Part shown: positions 29,900 through 39,311 of the stretch, piece by piece
How the letters are laid out: each line of letters opens with the position of its first letter
Position numbering within the stretch: position 1 is the first letter of the stretch
NCBI GenBank assembly: GCA_903904005.1
Contig: CAIVAR010000185.1
Coordinates: 17,052 to 81,051 of the forward strand
Origin: an uncultured Anaeromyxobacter sp.
GTDB lineage: Bacteria; Myxococcota; Myxococcia; Myxococcales; Anaeromyxobacteraceae
DNA: 64,000 bases
Direction: 5' to 3'
Notes under the pieces: generated by a model
What the model was told of the DNA's origin: nothing
Databases searched by the model: none
The model's input: the letters and a program-made list of their open reading frames with translations, nothing else
Program-made: the position numbers and the translations under genes

Positions 29900-31393
29900 T
29901 TACTGCGCCGCGAAGGTCCCGCAAGTCGTGGTCACGGTCGCCGCGAACGCCAGCTGCCCGGTCGCGTTCACGGTCCCGCTGCCCGGCGTCACCGCGACCG
30001 AGAGCACCTTCTCCGCACCCACCGTGATGGTCGCCTGGATCGTCTTGGTGGGGTCGGCCTGGCTGACGGCCATGACGTGGTAGGTGCCGGCGGTGGTCGG
30101 CGCGAAGTAGGCGCCGTTCGTGATCGTCCCGCCGCCTGCCTCGACGACCGACCAGGTCACCGCAGAGTTGGAGGAGTTGGTGATCGTGGCCGTGAATACC
30201 TGACCCATGCACGCGTCCAACGTCGCGGTGGTCGGGCTGATGGCGATGGTGACCGGCGGGGCCGTCACGGTGACCGTGGCGGTGGACTTCTTGGAGGTGT
30301 CGGCAATGCTGGTGGCGGTGACGGTGTAGGTGCCGGGGGTGGCGGGTGCCACGTAGACGCCGGTGGTGGCGCCGATGGAGCCCGAGCCGGCCGGGACCGA
30401 CCAGGTCGCGGCCGTGGACTGGCCGGCCGAGGTCCCGGAGACGGTGGCGGTGAAGGTGACGGTGCCGCCGGTCAGGATGGACGCCGTCCCCGGAGCGACG
30501 CTGACGGCGATGACCGGAGCCGCGGTGACCGTGACCGTGGCGGTCGAGGTCCCGGAAGGTGTCGCGACGCTGGTGGCGGTGACCGTGTACGTGCCGGGGG
30601 TGGCCGGAGCGACGTAGACGCCGGTGGTCGCGCCGATGGTGCCGGCGCCGGCGGGAACCGACCAGGTCACGGCCGTGGACTCGCCCGTCGTGGTGCCCGT
30701 GACAGTGGCGCTGAAGGTCGTCGTGCCGCCCGTGAGAATGGAGGCGGAGCCCGGGGAGATGGCGACGACGTGGGGCGGGGGAGGGGTCACGGTGACGGTT
30801 GCGCTTCCGCTCTTCGTCGTGTCGGCGGCGCTGGTGGCCACCACGGTGCACGTCGCTCCGGCGTTCGGCGCCGTGTAGACGCCGCCCGACGAGATCGACC
30901 CGCAGCTCGAGCCCTGCTGGACCGTCCAGGTGACCGTGAGGTTGGTCGTGCCGGCGACGGCAGCGGCGAAGACCTTCGTGCCGCTGGCCGGCACGGTGGC
31001 GGTTGCGGGATCGACCGCCACCGACACCTGCGCCGCCGCGCCCTTCTTCACCCGCACCACGCTCGACCCGTTGCTCTTGGAGGAAGCGACGCTCACGGCA
31101 CGGACGTGGAAGGTGCCATCGATGGCCGGCGCCGTGTACAGGCCGGTCGCGTCGACCGTTCCTCCATCTGCCTCCGCGACCTGCCAGGTCACCGAGCCGT
31201 CGGCGGTGCCGGTCACCTGGGCGCCGAACTTCACCGTTCCACCCGGGGCGACGTCCGCCTCGGCGGGGGAAGTGGCCACGACGATCGCCTGGCCAGCCGG
31301 TGGTGTCCCGCCCGTCGTGTCGGAGGTGGAGCCTCCACAGGCGGCGGTGAAGAGAGCGGCGATTGCGAGAGCGACGATCGATCGGTGCGTCAT
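29900..31393 (-). CDS. Lipoprotein made of six tandem Big_2 Ig-like domains
   Basis: Start trimmed to MTHRSIVALAIAALFTAACGG (lipobox). Six repeats of about 85-90 aa each contain ...VTW(S/T)V...G.(Y/V)(T/V)AP...GT(Y/F).V.A(T/V)S... No catalytic domain is evident. Confidence 0.8.
   Translation of the reverse strand: MTHRSIVALAIAALFTAACGGSTSDTTGGTPPAGQAIVVATSPAEADVAPGGTVKFGAQVTGTADGSVTWQVAEADGGTVDATGLYTAPAIDGTFHVRAVSVASSKSNGSSVVRVKKGAAAQVSVAVDPATATVPASGTKVFAAAVAGTTNLTVTWTVQQGSSCGSISSGGVYTAPNAGATCTVVATSAADTTKSGSATVTVTPPPPHVVAISPGSASILTGGTTTFSATVTGTTTGESTAVTWSVPAGAGTIGATTGVYVAPATPGTYTVTATSVATPSGTSTATVTVTAAPVIAVSVAPGTASILTGGTVTFTATVSGTSAGQSTAATWSVPAGSGSIGATTGVYVAPATPGTYTVTATSIADTSKKSTATVTVTAPPVTIAISPTTATLDACMGQVFTATITNSSNSAVTWSVVEAGGGTITNGAYFAPTTAGTYHVMAVSQADPTKTIQATITVGAEKVLSVAVTPGSGTVNATGQLAFAATVTTTCGTFAAQ
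30308..30829. repeat. Two near-identical 261-bp tandem DNA units (30308..30568 and 30569..30829) inside the 6x Big_2 gene, followed by more diverged copies
   Basis: gctggtggcggtgac(g/c)gtgta(g/c)gtgccgggggtggc...acgtagacgccggtggt.gcgccgatgg recurs with exact 261-nt (87-codon) periodicity. At protein level GATTGVYVAPATPGTYTVTATS is repeated exactly. Confidence 0.85.
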
Positions 31394-31765
31394 TTGGTGA
31401 AGCCTCCCGTCAGCGAAAACTTCCTTCGTCGCCGAGGTCCCCTCCCCGGGTGACGAGCCATCCAAGGACAAGATATGTCCTCGCGCGTCACACCGTAAGG
31501 CCCTGAAGAGGCAGGGTTTTTCGCCTTCATCGCCGCACATGGTCTTGAACTGTGTGTCCTGGGCCTACCGGGATCCCGGGAAGGCCGATGGCCGTGAATC
31601 GGCGATATCGGACTTCTGCACAACCCCCGAACGAACTCCCCCGTTTGAAGGTACCTTCCGGCCCCTCTAACCCTTGACCCACCGCGTCGCGATCGGGGAA
31701 ACTGCGCGGTCCGCCGCGCGGCATTCGGGCCTCGCGACAAGGGTTTTCCGAGGGTGACAAGCGAG

Positions 31766-34700
31766 ATGACGACGGGGCTACCGGAGAAGCAGGGTCTCTA
31801 CGACCCGGCCAACGAGCACGACGCCTGCGGGTTCGGCTTCGTCGTGGACATCGCCGGGCGGAAGTCCCACGCCATCGTACAGCAGGCTCTCCAGGTGCTC
31901 GTGAACCTCGAGCACCGCGGCGCGGCGGGCGCGGAGAAGAACACCGGCGACGGCGCAGGCATCCTCCTGCAGAACCCCGACGCCTTCCTCCGCAAGGAGG
32001 CCGCGCGGCTCGGGATCGAGCTCCCCCATGCCGGGCGCTACGCCGCCGGGATGGTCTTCCTGCCCTCCGACGCCCCCAGCCGGGCCGCCTGCGAGCGGAA
32101 GCTCGAGGAGGCGGTGCGGGCCGAGGGGCAGCTGTTGCTGGGCTGGCGCGACGTCCCGTACGACGCATCCACGCTGGGTGACATGGCCAAGGCCAGCCAG
32201 CCGGTGATCCGGCAGCTGCTGGTGGGGGCCGGTGCGGTGGCCGACGACGTGATGGCGTTCGAGCGCAAGCTCTACGTGATCCGCCGCATGGCCAGGAAGT
32301 CGATCCTCCGCTCCAACATCCCCGGCCGCCGCGAGTTCTACGTGGCGAGCCTCTCCTGCCGCACGCTCGTCTACAAGGGGATGCTCAACGCCGGGCAGCT
32401 GCGCGAGTTCTACCCGGACCTGTCCGACCCGGAGATGGCGTCCGCCATCGCCATGGTCCACTCCCGGTTCTCCACCAACACCTTCCCGAGCTGGTCCCGC
32501 GCGCACCCGTACCGGTTCATCTCCCACAACGGAGAGATCAACACGCTGCGCGGGAACATCAACTGGATGCACGCGCGGCAGAGCCAGATGGCCTCGAAGC
32601 TCTTCGGCGCGGACTTGAAGAAGGTCCTCACCGTCGTCGACACCGGCGGCTCCGACTCGGCCATGTTCGACAACGTGCTCGAGCTCCTGCACCTCTCGGG
32701 GCGCTCGCTGCCGCACGCCATGATGATGATGGTCCCGGAGCCCTGGGCCAAGCACGAGTCGATGAGCCCGGAGAAGAAGGCCTTCTACGAGTTCCACTCC
32801 TGCCTCATGGAGCCCTGGGACGGCCCGGCCTCCATCGCCTTCACCGATGGGGAAGTGGTCGGCGCCACGCTGGACCGCAACGGCCTGCGCCCGGCCCGCT
32901 ACTACGTCACCCACGACGGGCTCGTGGTCATGGCCTCCGAGGTGGGCGTCCTCGACATCCCCATCGAGAACGTGAAGCAGAAGGGGCGGCTGCAGCCGGG
33001 TCGGATGTTCCTCGTCGACACGCGCGAGAAGCGCATCGTCCCCGACGACGAGCTGAAGCAGCGGATCGCGTCGGCCGAGCCCTACGCCGACTGGCTGAAG
33101 CAGCACCTGGTGAAGCTCGAGGACCTGCCCTCGCCCCCCTCGGTCCACGCGCCGGATCACGAGACGGTGCTGCGCCGGCAGGAGACCTTCGGCTACACCG
33201 CCGAGGACCTGAAGGTCCTCATCAACCCCATGGCCACGACCGGCAGCGAGCCGCTCGGGTCGATGGGCACCGACACGCCGCTGGCGGTCCTCTCCGAGAA
33301 GCCGCAGCTCCTCTACGGCTACTTCAAGCAGCTCTTCGCCCAGGTCACGAACCCTCCCGTGGACGCCATCCGCGAGGAGATCATCATGGGCATCGAGACG
33401 GCCGTGGGCCCGGAGCGGAACCTCCTTGAGCCCACTGCCGAGTCCTGCCACCAGCTCGAGGTGCCCACGCCGGTCCTCACCAACGAGGACCTGGAGCGCA
33501 TCCGCGCCCTCGACGGCGGCCCGGCCAGCCGGCGCTTCCGATCCATCACCATCCCCGCCCTCTTCCCGGTCGCCGACGGCGGCGCGGGCTTGCGCAAGTC
33601 GATCGAGGACATGCAGGTGCAGGCCTCAGAGGCCATCGCCGAGGGGCACAACCTGCTCGTCATCTCCGACCGCGGTCACGACGAGTGGGACGCCCCCATC
33701 CCGGCGCTGCTCGCGGTGTCGGCGGTGCACCACCACCTCCTGCGCGAGGGAACGCGGACCCGGGTGGGCATCGTCCTCGAGTCGGGCGAGCCCCGCGAGG
33801 TGCACCACTTCGCGCTGCTCATCGGCTTCGGTGCCAGCGCCGTGAACCCCTACCTGGCCTTCGAGACCATCCACGACCAGGTGCGCCAGGGGCTCATCCC
33901 CGGCCCTGCCGAAAAGGCCGAGAAGAAGTACATCAAGGCCGTCAACAAGGGGATCGTGAAGGTCCTGTCCAAGATGGGGATCTCCACCATCCAGAGCTAC
34001 CACGGCGCCCAGGTCTTCGAGGCGGTGGGGCTGAACCAGGACTTCATCGACGAGTACTTCACCTGGACGTCGAGCCGCATCGGCGGCGTCGGCATCGACG
34101 TGGTGGCGAGGGAGGTCAAGGACCGGCACTACCGGGCCTACCCGCCGCGCGCCATCCGGCACACCACGCTCGGCACCGGCGGCCAGTACCAGTTCCGCTC
34201 CGACGGCGAGTACCACCTCTTCAACCCCGAGTCGGTGCACCGGCTGCAGCACGCCTGCCGGACCGGCAGCTACGCCGCCTACAAGGAATACGCGGCGCTG
34301 GTGAACAACCAGTCGAAGACGCTGTGCACCCTGCGCGGCCTCATGGATTTCAAGCAGGGGGCGAAGCCGGTGCCGCTCGCCGAGGTGGAGTCGGTCGAGT
34401 CCATCCTCCGCCGCTTCAAGACGGGAGCGATGAGCTACGGATCCATCTCCAAGGAGGCGCACGAGGCGCTCGCCGTGGCGATGAACCGCATCGGCGGCAA
34501 GTCCAACACCGGTGAGGGCGGGGAGGACCCGGCCCGCTACACGCCGATGCCGAACGGCGACTCGAAGAACAGCGCCATCAAGCAGGTGGCGTCGGCGCGC
34601 TTCGGGGTCACGAGCGAGTACCTGGTCAACGCCAAGGAGCTGCAGATCAAGATCGCCCAGGGCGCCAAGCCCGGTGAGGGCGGGCAGCTCCCCGGTTCCA

Positions 34701-36370
34701 AGGTCTACCCCTGGATCGCCAAGGTCCGGCACTCGACCCCCGGCGTCGGGCTCATCTCCCCGCCGCCGCACCACGACATCTACTCCATCGAGGATCTGGC
34801 CCAGCTCATCCACGACCTCAAGAACGCCAACCGCGGCGCCCGGGTGTCGGTGAAGCTGGTCTCCGAGGTCGGGGTGGGCACCATCGCGGCCGGCGTGGCC
34901 AAGGCCCACGCCGACGTGATCCTCATCTCCGGGTACGACGGGGGCACGGGCGCCTCGCCCCTCACCTCCATCAAGCACGCCGGCATCCCCTGGGAGCTCG
35001 GGCTCGCCGAGGCCCATCAAGTCCTGCTCCTCAACAACCTCCGGTCCCGCGTCACCGTCGAGGCCGACGGGCAGCTGAAGACCGGCCGCGACGTGGCGGT
35101 GGCCGCGCTGCTCGGCGCCGAGGAGTTCGGCTTCGCCACCGCGCCGCTGGTGGTCCTGGGCTGCATCCTGATGCGGGTCTGCCACCTCAACACCTGCCCG
35201 GTCGGCGTGGCCACGCAGGATCCCGAGCTGCGCAAGCGCTTCACCGGCGACCCGGCCCACGTGGTCAACTTCATGCGCTTCGTGGCCACCGAGCTGCGCG
35301 AGTACATGGCCGAGCTGGGCTTCCGCACCATCGACGAGATGGTGGGGCACCCGGAGCGGCTGGAGATGCGCCGCGCCGTCGATCACTGGAAGGCCCGCAA
35401 CCTCGACTTCTCCCGCATCCTCTTCCAGCCCAAGGTGCCGCGGGAGTGGCCGCGCACCTGCCAGATCAAGCAGGACCACGGCATCGAGCAGTCGCTCGAC
35501 GTGACCACGCTGCTCGAGCGCTGCCGTCCGGCCATCGAGCAGGGGAAGAAGGTCGAGGCGACCATTCCCATCCGCAACGTGAACCGGGTGGTCGGGACCA
35601 TCACCGGCAGCGAGGTGACGCGCCGCTGGGGGGCAAAGGGGCTCCCCGACGGGACCATCCGGCTCACCTTCCTGGGCTCGGCAGGGCAGAGCTTCGGGGC
35701 CTTCATCCCGTCCGGGATGACCCTCGCCCTCGAGGGCGACGCCAACGACTACATCGGCAAGGGGCTCTCCGGCGGGCGCATCGTCGTCTACCCGCCCCGG
35801 GGCGCCACCTTCGTCGCCGAGGAGAACGTCATCATCGGCAACGTCGCCTTCTACGGGGCCACCGGCGGCGAGGCCTTCATCCGCGGCATGGCGGGCGAGC
35901 GCTTCTGCGTGCGCAACTCCGGCGTGACGGCGGTGGTCGAGGGCGTGGGCGACCACGGCTGCGAGTACATGACCGGCGGCCGGGTGGTCATCCTGGGCCG
36001 GACCGGGCGGAACTTCGCGGCCGGCATGTCGGGCGGCATCGCCTACGTGCTCGACAAGGACGGCGCCCTCGGCAAGGTCCTGAACCGCGAGATGGTCGAG
36101 GCCGAGCCGCTCGCCGATCCCGCCGAGAGGGCCGAGCTGCGGGCCCTGATCGAGCGTCACGTGGAGTTCACCGGATCGGCCCGCGGCCGGCGGGTGCTCG
36201 ACGCCTGGGCCGAGTTCGCGCCCCGTTTCGTGCGCGTGGTCCCGAACGACTACCGGCGCGTGCTCGAGGCCCAGGCCCGCATGCGGGCCAAGGGGCTGTC
36301 GCCCGAGGAGGCGGAGATGGCGGCGTTCGAGGAGAACGCCCGGGACGAGGCGCGCGTGGGGGGCAACTAG
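31766..36370 (+). CDS. gltB: Glutamate synthase large subunit
   Basis: N-terminal Ntn amidotransferase ...[13 protein letters not shown] and synthase domains, and a C-terminal GXGXG beta-helix region. About 1530 aa. An alternative GTG start lies at 31754. Confidence 0.95.
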   Translation: MTTGLPEKQGLYDPANEHDACGFGFVVDIAGRKSHAIVQQALQVLVNLEHRGAAGAEKNTGDGAGILLQNPDAFLRKEAARLGIELPHAGRYAAGMVFLPSDAPSRAACERKLEEAVRAEGQLLLGWRDVPYDASTLGDMAKASQPVIRQLLVGAGAVADDVMAFERKLYVIRRMARKSILRSNIPGRREFYVASLSCRTLVYKGMLNAGQLREFYPDLSDPEMASAIAMVHSRFSTNTFPSWSRAHPYRFISHNGEINTLRGNINWMHARQSQMASKLFGADLKKVLTVVDTGGSDSAMFDNVLELLHLSGRSLPHAMMMMVPEPWAKHESMSPEKKAFYEFHSCLMEPWDGPASIAFTDGEVVGATLDRNGLRPARYYVTHDGLVVMASEVGVLDIPIENVKQKGRLQPGRMFLVDTREKRIVPDDELKQRIASAEPYADWLKQHLVKLEDLPSPPSVHAPDHETVLRRQETFGYTAEDLKVLINPMATTGSEPLGSMGTDTPLAVLSEKPQLLYGYFKQLFAQVTNPPVDAIREEIIMGIETAVGPERNLLEPTAESCHQLEVPTPVLTNEDLERIRALDGGPASRRFRSITIPALFPVADGGAGLRKSIEDMQVQASEAIAEGHNLLVISDRGHDEWDAPIPALLAVSAVHHHLLREGTRTRVGIVLESGEPREVHHFALLIGFGASAVNPYLAFETIHDQVRQGLIPGPAEKAEKKYIKAVNKGIVKVLSKMGISTIQSYHGAQVFEAVGLNQDFIDEYFTWTSSRIGGVGIDVVAREVKDRHYRAYPPRAIRHTTLGTGGQYQFRSDGEYHLFNPESVHRLQHACRTGSYAAYKEYAALVNNQSKTLCTLRGLMDFKQGAKPVPLAEVESVESILRRFKTGAMSYGSISKEAHEALAVAMNRIGGKSNTGEGGEDPARYTPMPNGDSKNSAIKQVASARFGVTSEYLVNAKELQIKIAQGAKPGEGGQLPGSKVYPWIAKVRHSTPGVGLISPPPHHDIYSIEDLAQLIHDLKNANRGARVSVKLVSEVGVGTIAAGVAKAHADVILISGYDGGTGASPLTSIKHAGIPWELGLAEAHQVLLLNNLRSRVTVEADGQLKTGRDVAVAALLGAEEFGFATAPLVVLGCILMRVCHLNTCPVGVATQDPELRKRFTGDPAHVVNFMRFVATELREYMAELGFRTIDEMVGHPERLEMRRAVDHWKARNLDFSRILFQPKVPREWPRTCQIKQDHGIEQSLDVTTLLERCRPAIEQGKKVEATIPIRNVNRVVGTITGSEVTRRWGAKGLPDGTIRLTFLGSAGQSFGAFIPSGMTLALEGDANDYIGKGLSGGRIVVYPPRGATFVAEENVIIGNVAFYGATGGEAFIRGMAGERFCVRNSGVTAVVEGVGDHGCEYMTGGRVVILGRTGRNFAAGMSGGIAYVLDKDGALGKVLNREMVEAEPLADPAERAELRALIERHVEFTGSARGRRVLDAWAEFAPRFVRVVPNDYRRVLEAQARMRAKGLSPEEAEMAAFEENARDEARVGGN

Positions 36371-37861
36371 ATGGGCAAGCCGACCGGGTTCATGGAGTAC
36401 GAGCGGGAGCCGGCCCACGACCGGAGCCCCGAGGAGCGCCTCAAGGACTGGAACGAGTTCCACCCGCCCGTCCCCGTCGAGACGCTGCGCATCCAGGCGG
36501 CCCGCTGCATGGACTGCGGCCTGCCCTTCTGCCACACCGGCAAGCTCATCGCCGGGATGGCCTCCGGCTGCCCCATCAATAACCTCATCCCCGAGTGGAA
36601 CGACCTCGTCTACAAGGGGCAGTGGCAGGAGGCGCTCATCCGCCTCCAGAAGACCAACAACTTCGCCGAGTTCACCGGGCGTGTCTGCCCGGCCCCCTGC
36701 GAGGGCTCCTGCACGGTGGGCATGAACGGCGACGCCGTCACCATCAAGTCCATCGAGGTCTCCATCATCGACCGGGCCTTCGCCGAGGGCTGGGTGAAGC
36801 CGGACCGTCCGCAGACCCGGACCGGATACAAGGTCGCGGTCATCGGCAGCGGGCCGGCCGGCCTGGCCTGCGCCGCGCAGCTGAACCGCGCCGGCCACCT
36901 GGTCACCGTCTTCGAGCGGGCCGACCGCGTCGGCGGCCTGCTCATGTACGGGATCCCCAACATGAAGCTCGACAAGGGGATCGTGCAGCGGCGGGTGAAC
37001 CTCATGGCCGACTCGGGCGTGCGCTTCATCACCGGCACCGAGGTGGGCAAACACATCCCGGTGCACCGCATCCTGAACGACTACGACGCGGCGGTGCTCT
37101 GCGTGGGCGCCACCAAGGCCCGCGACCTGTCGGTGGAGGGGCGCAGCCTCCACGGCATCCACCTGGCCATGGACTTCCTGACCCGGAACACGAAGAGCCT
37201 GCTCGACTCCGGGCTCGTGGACGGGCGCTACATCAGCGCCGCCGGGCGCGACGTGGTGGTCATCGGCGGCGGCGACACCGGGACCGACTGCGTGGGCACG
37301 AGCATCCGCCATGGCGCCCGCAGCGTCACCCAGTTCGAGATCCTTCCCCGGCCGCCCGATCGGCGCGCCGGCGACAACCCCTGGCCCCAGTGGCCCAAGA
37401 TCTTCCGCACCGACTACGGCCAGGAGGAGGCCGCCGCCCTCTTCGGGAAGGACCCCCGCATCTTCGGGATCTCCACCCAGAAGTTCGTGGGCGACGCCCA
37501 GGGTCGGGTGAAGGAACTCCATACCATCCGGGTCGAGTGGGTGAAGGACGCCGACGGGCGCTTCGGCCCGCGGGACATCCCCGGCTCCGAGCAGGTGGTG
37601 AAGGCCGACCTGGTGCTCCTCGCGCTCGGCTTCACCGGGCCGGAGCGGACCGGCGCCATCGCCGAGCTGGGGGTGAAGCTCGACGAGCGGGGCAACGTCT
37701 GGACCGACGACGAGAAGTCCACCAGCGTCCCGGGCGTCTTCGCGGCGGGCGACGCATCGCGCGGCCAGTCGCTCGTGGTCTGGGCCATCCAGGAGGGGAG
37801 GCGGGCGGCGCGCGGCGTCGACCGGTTCCTCATGCAGGGCGAGAGCTACCTGCCGGGATAG
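36371..37861 (+). CDS. gltD: Glutamate synthase small subunit (NADPH-dependent)
   Basis: MGKPTGFMEYERE..., Fe-S Cys clusters (CMDCGLPFC; CPAPCEGSC), and FAD/NAD folds VAVIGSGPAGLACA and VVVIGGGDTGTDC. It starts 1 nt after gltB. Confidence 0.95.
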   Translation: MGKPTGFMEYEREPAHDRSPEERLKDWNEFHPPVPVETLRIQAARCMDCGLPFCHTGKLIAGMASGCPINNLIPEWNDLVYKGQWQEALIRLQKTNNFAEFTGRVCPAPCEGSCTVGMNGDAVTIKSIEVSIIDRAFAEGWVKPDRPQTRTGYKVAVIGSGPAGLACAAQLNRAGHLVTVFERADRVGGLLMYGIPNMKLDKGIVQRRVNLMADSGVRFITGTEVGKHIPVHRILNDYDAAVLCVGATKARDLSVEGRSLHGIHLAMDFLTRNTKSLLDSGLVDGRYISAAGRDVVVIGGGDTGTDCVGTSIRHGARSVTQFEILPRPPDRRAGDNPWPQWPKIFRTDYGQEEAAALFGKDPRIFGISTQKFVGDAQGRVKELHTIRVEWVKDADGRFGPRDIPGSEQVVKADLVLLALGFTGPERTGAIAELGVKLDERGNVWTDDEKSTSVPGVFAAGDASRGQSLVVWAIQEGRRAARGVDRFLMQGESYLPG

Positions 37862-37915
37862 ACGGCGGATTTTCGCTGGAAATATCGGGAGTCGGCGTCC
37901 GTATTACTGGGGACC

Positions 37916-38113
37916 ATGCTCCGGCTCCTCCTGTTCCTCCTGCTGCTCGCCCTCTGCTGGCCGCTTGCGCTCCTGGCGATCCTTCTCTGGCCGGTGGTCT
38001 GGTTGCTGTTGATCCCTTTCCGTCTGGTCGGGATCGCCGTCGACGGGGTCTTCGCGCTCCTGCGCGCCGTGATCATGCTCCCCGCGCGGATCCTGGGTGG
38101 CGGACGGGCCTGA
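37916..38113 (+). CDS. Possible small (65 aa) very hydrophobic membrane protein
   Basis: MLRLLLFLLLLALCWPLALLAILLWPVVWLLLIPFRLVGIAVDG... The ATG is preceded by GGGGA. Its 3' end overlaps the convergent MFS gene by 41 nt, so the coding status is uncertain. Confidence 0.35.
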   Translation: MLRLLLFLLLLALCWPLALLAILLWPVVWLLLIPFRLVGIAVDGVFALLRAVIMLPARILGGGRA

Positions 38114-39311
38114 CCCCCGGCCCCCTCACCACCACCGGCAACAGCACCGCCACCGCCAGCACCGCGGCCGTCACCGGCAGCGCCCCCGCGTACGTCCCCG
38201 TCCGGTCCTTCACGACGGCCACGAACGCCGGCCCGGCCACGCCCGCCAGGCTCCACGCCAGCAGCACCCACCCGTAGTTCACGCCCAGGTTCCGGGTCCC
38301 GAACCAGTCGGCGACGAGCGACGGCATGACCCCGAAGCCGCCGCCGTAGCAGAGCAGCACGAGTGCGAAGAGCGGCGCCACCATCCACATCGAGTGAACC
38401 CGGCCGACCACCAGGAAGACCGCGACCTGGAGGAGGTAGATGGCGGCGAAGGCGGCGCGCCGCCCGACCCGGTCGGACACCGCTCCCCACAGGAAGCGGC
38501 CGAGCGCGTTGGCGAGCGCGATGGTTCCGTAGACCGCCGCCGCCACGGCCGGAACGGCTCCGGTCAACTCCCGCATGATGGGAACCGCGTTCGAGATGAA
38601 GAGGATGCCCGCCGTCACGTTGAGGAAGAGCATCGCGAAGGCCGCCCAGAACTGAGGGGTCCGTGCCATCTCGCCCGGCGTGTAGTCCCGTCCGCCCTCC
38701 GCGGCGGCCGCGGCGAGGGAAAGAGTGGGCGGATTCCGCACCAGGAGCGCCCCCGCGCCCCCGAGGATCGCGAACGCCACCCCCGACACCGTGAATGCCC
38801 GGAGCACGTCCGGCCCCGAGACTCCCGACGCGCCCCCGGAGAAGGCCGGCAACGCCCTCAGGACGTGCGCGTACCCGAACGCCCCGAGCCCGAACCCGCC
38901 CACGACGAGGCCGCTGCCCAGCCCCCGCCGGTCCGGGAACCACTTGGTCACCGCCGCCACCGGGGTGACGTAGCCAAGCCCGAGCCCCAACCCTCCCAGC
39001 ACGCCATACGCTCCGCACAGCCAGGCCACGCCGAACCGCGCCGTCCCGAGCCCGGCGAGCACGTTCCCCGCCCCCCAGAGGAGCGCGCCGGTGACCGCCA
39101 CCGGGCGCGGTCCGGCCAGGTCCTGCCAGCGCCCGCCCAGCACTGCCCCCACGCCCAGGAAGAAGATGGCGATGGAGAACGGCGCCGTCGCCTGCGCGCT
39201 CGTCCACCCGAACGCGGCCTGCAGGGGCTGGGTGTAGACGCTCCAGGCGTAGACGGTGCCCAGGCACGCCATCAGGGCGACGCCGCCCGCGGCGACGAGC
39301 CAGCGGTTCAC
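38073..39311 (-). CDS. MFS transporter, oxalate/formate antiporter (OFA)-like
   Basis: MNRWLVAAGGVALMACLGTVYAWSVYTQPL... is the typical OFA N-terminus. 12 hydrophobic segments. The GTG start overlaps the helicase stop (GTGA). Confidence 0.85.
   Translation of the reverse strand: MNRWLVAAGGVALMACLGTVYAWSVYTQPLQAAFGWTSAQATAPFSIAIFFLGVGAVLGGRWQDLAGPRPVAVTGALLWGAGNVLAGLGTARFGVAWLCGAYGVLGGLGLGLGYVTPVAAVTKWFPDRRGLGSGLVVGGFGLGAFGYAHVLRALPAFSGGASGVSGPDVLRAFTVSGVAFAILGGAGALLVRNPPTLSLAAAAAEGGRDYTPGEMARTPQFWAAFAMLFLNVTAGILFISNAVPIMRELTGAVPAVAAAVYGTIALANALGRFLWGAVSDRVGRRAAFAAIYLLQVAVFLVVGRVHSMWMVAPLFALVLLCYGGGFGVMPSLVADWFGTRNLGVNYGWVLLAWSLAGVAGPAFVAVVKDRTGTYAGALPVTAAVLAVAVLLPVVVRGPGVRPVRHPGSARGA

Noticed and set aside
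31394-31753. 360-nt lower-GC intergenic region upstream of gltB, with TTGACC (31674..31679) and a GCGCGG-tccg-CCGCGC hairpin; considered as a promoter, leader or riboswitch
   Set aside because: There is no convincing -10 element, and I recognised no known riboswitch or leader-peptide pattern. The 116-aa ORF 31390..31740 (-) is R/P-rich junk. I left it unannotated.
33626-37522. 1298-aa antisense ORF across gltB/gltD
   Set aside because: It is antisense to two unambiguous housekeeping genes, which is a typical high-GC artefact.
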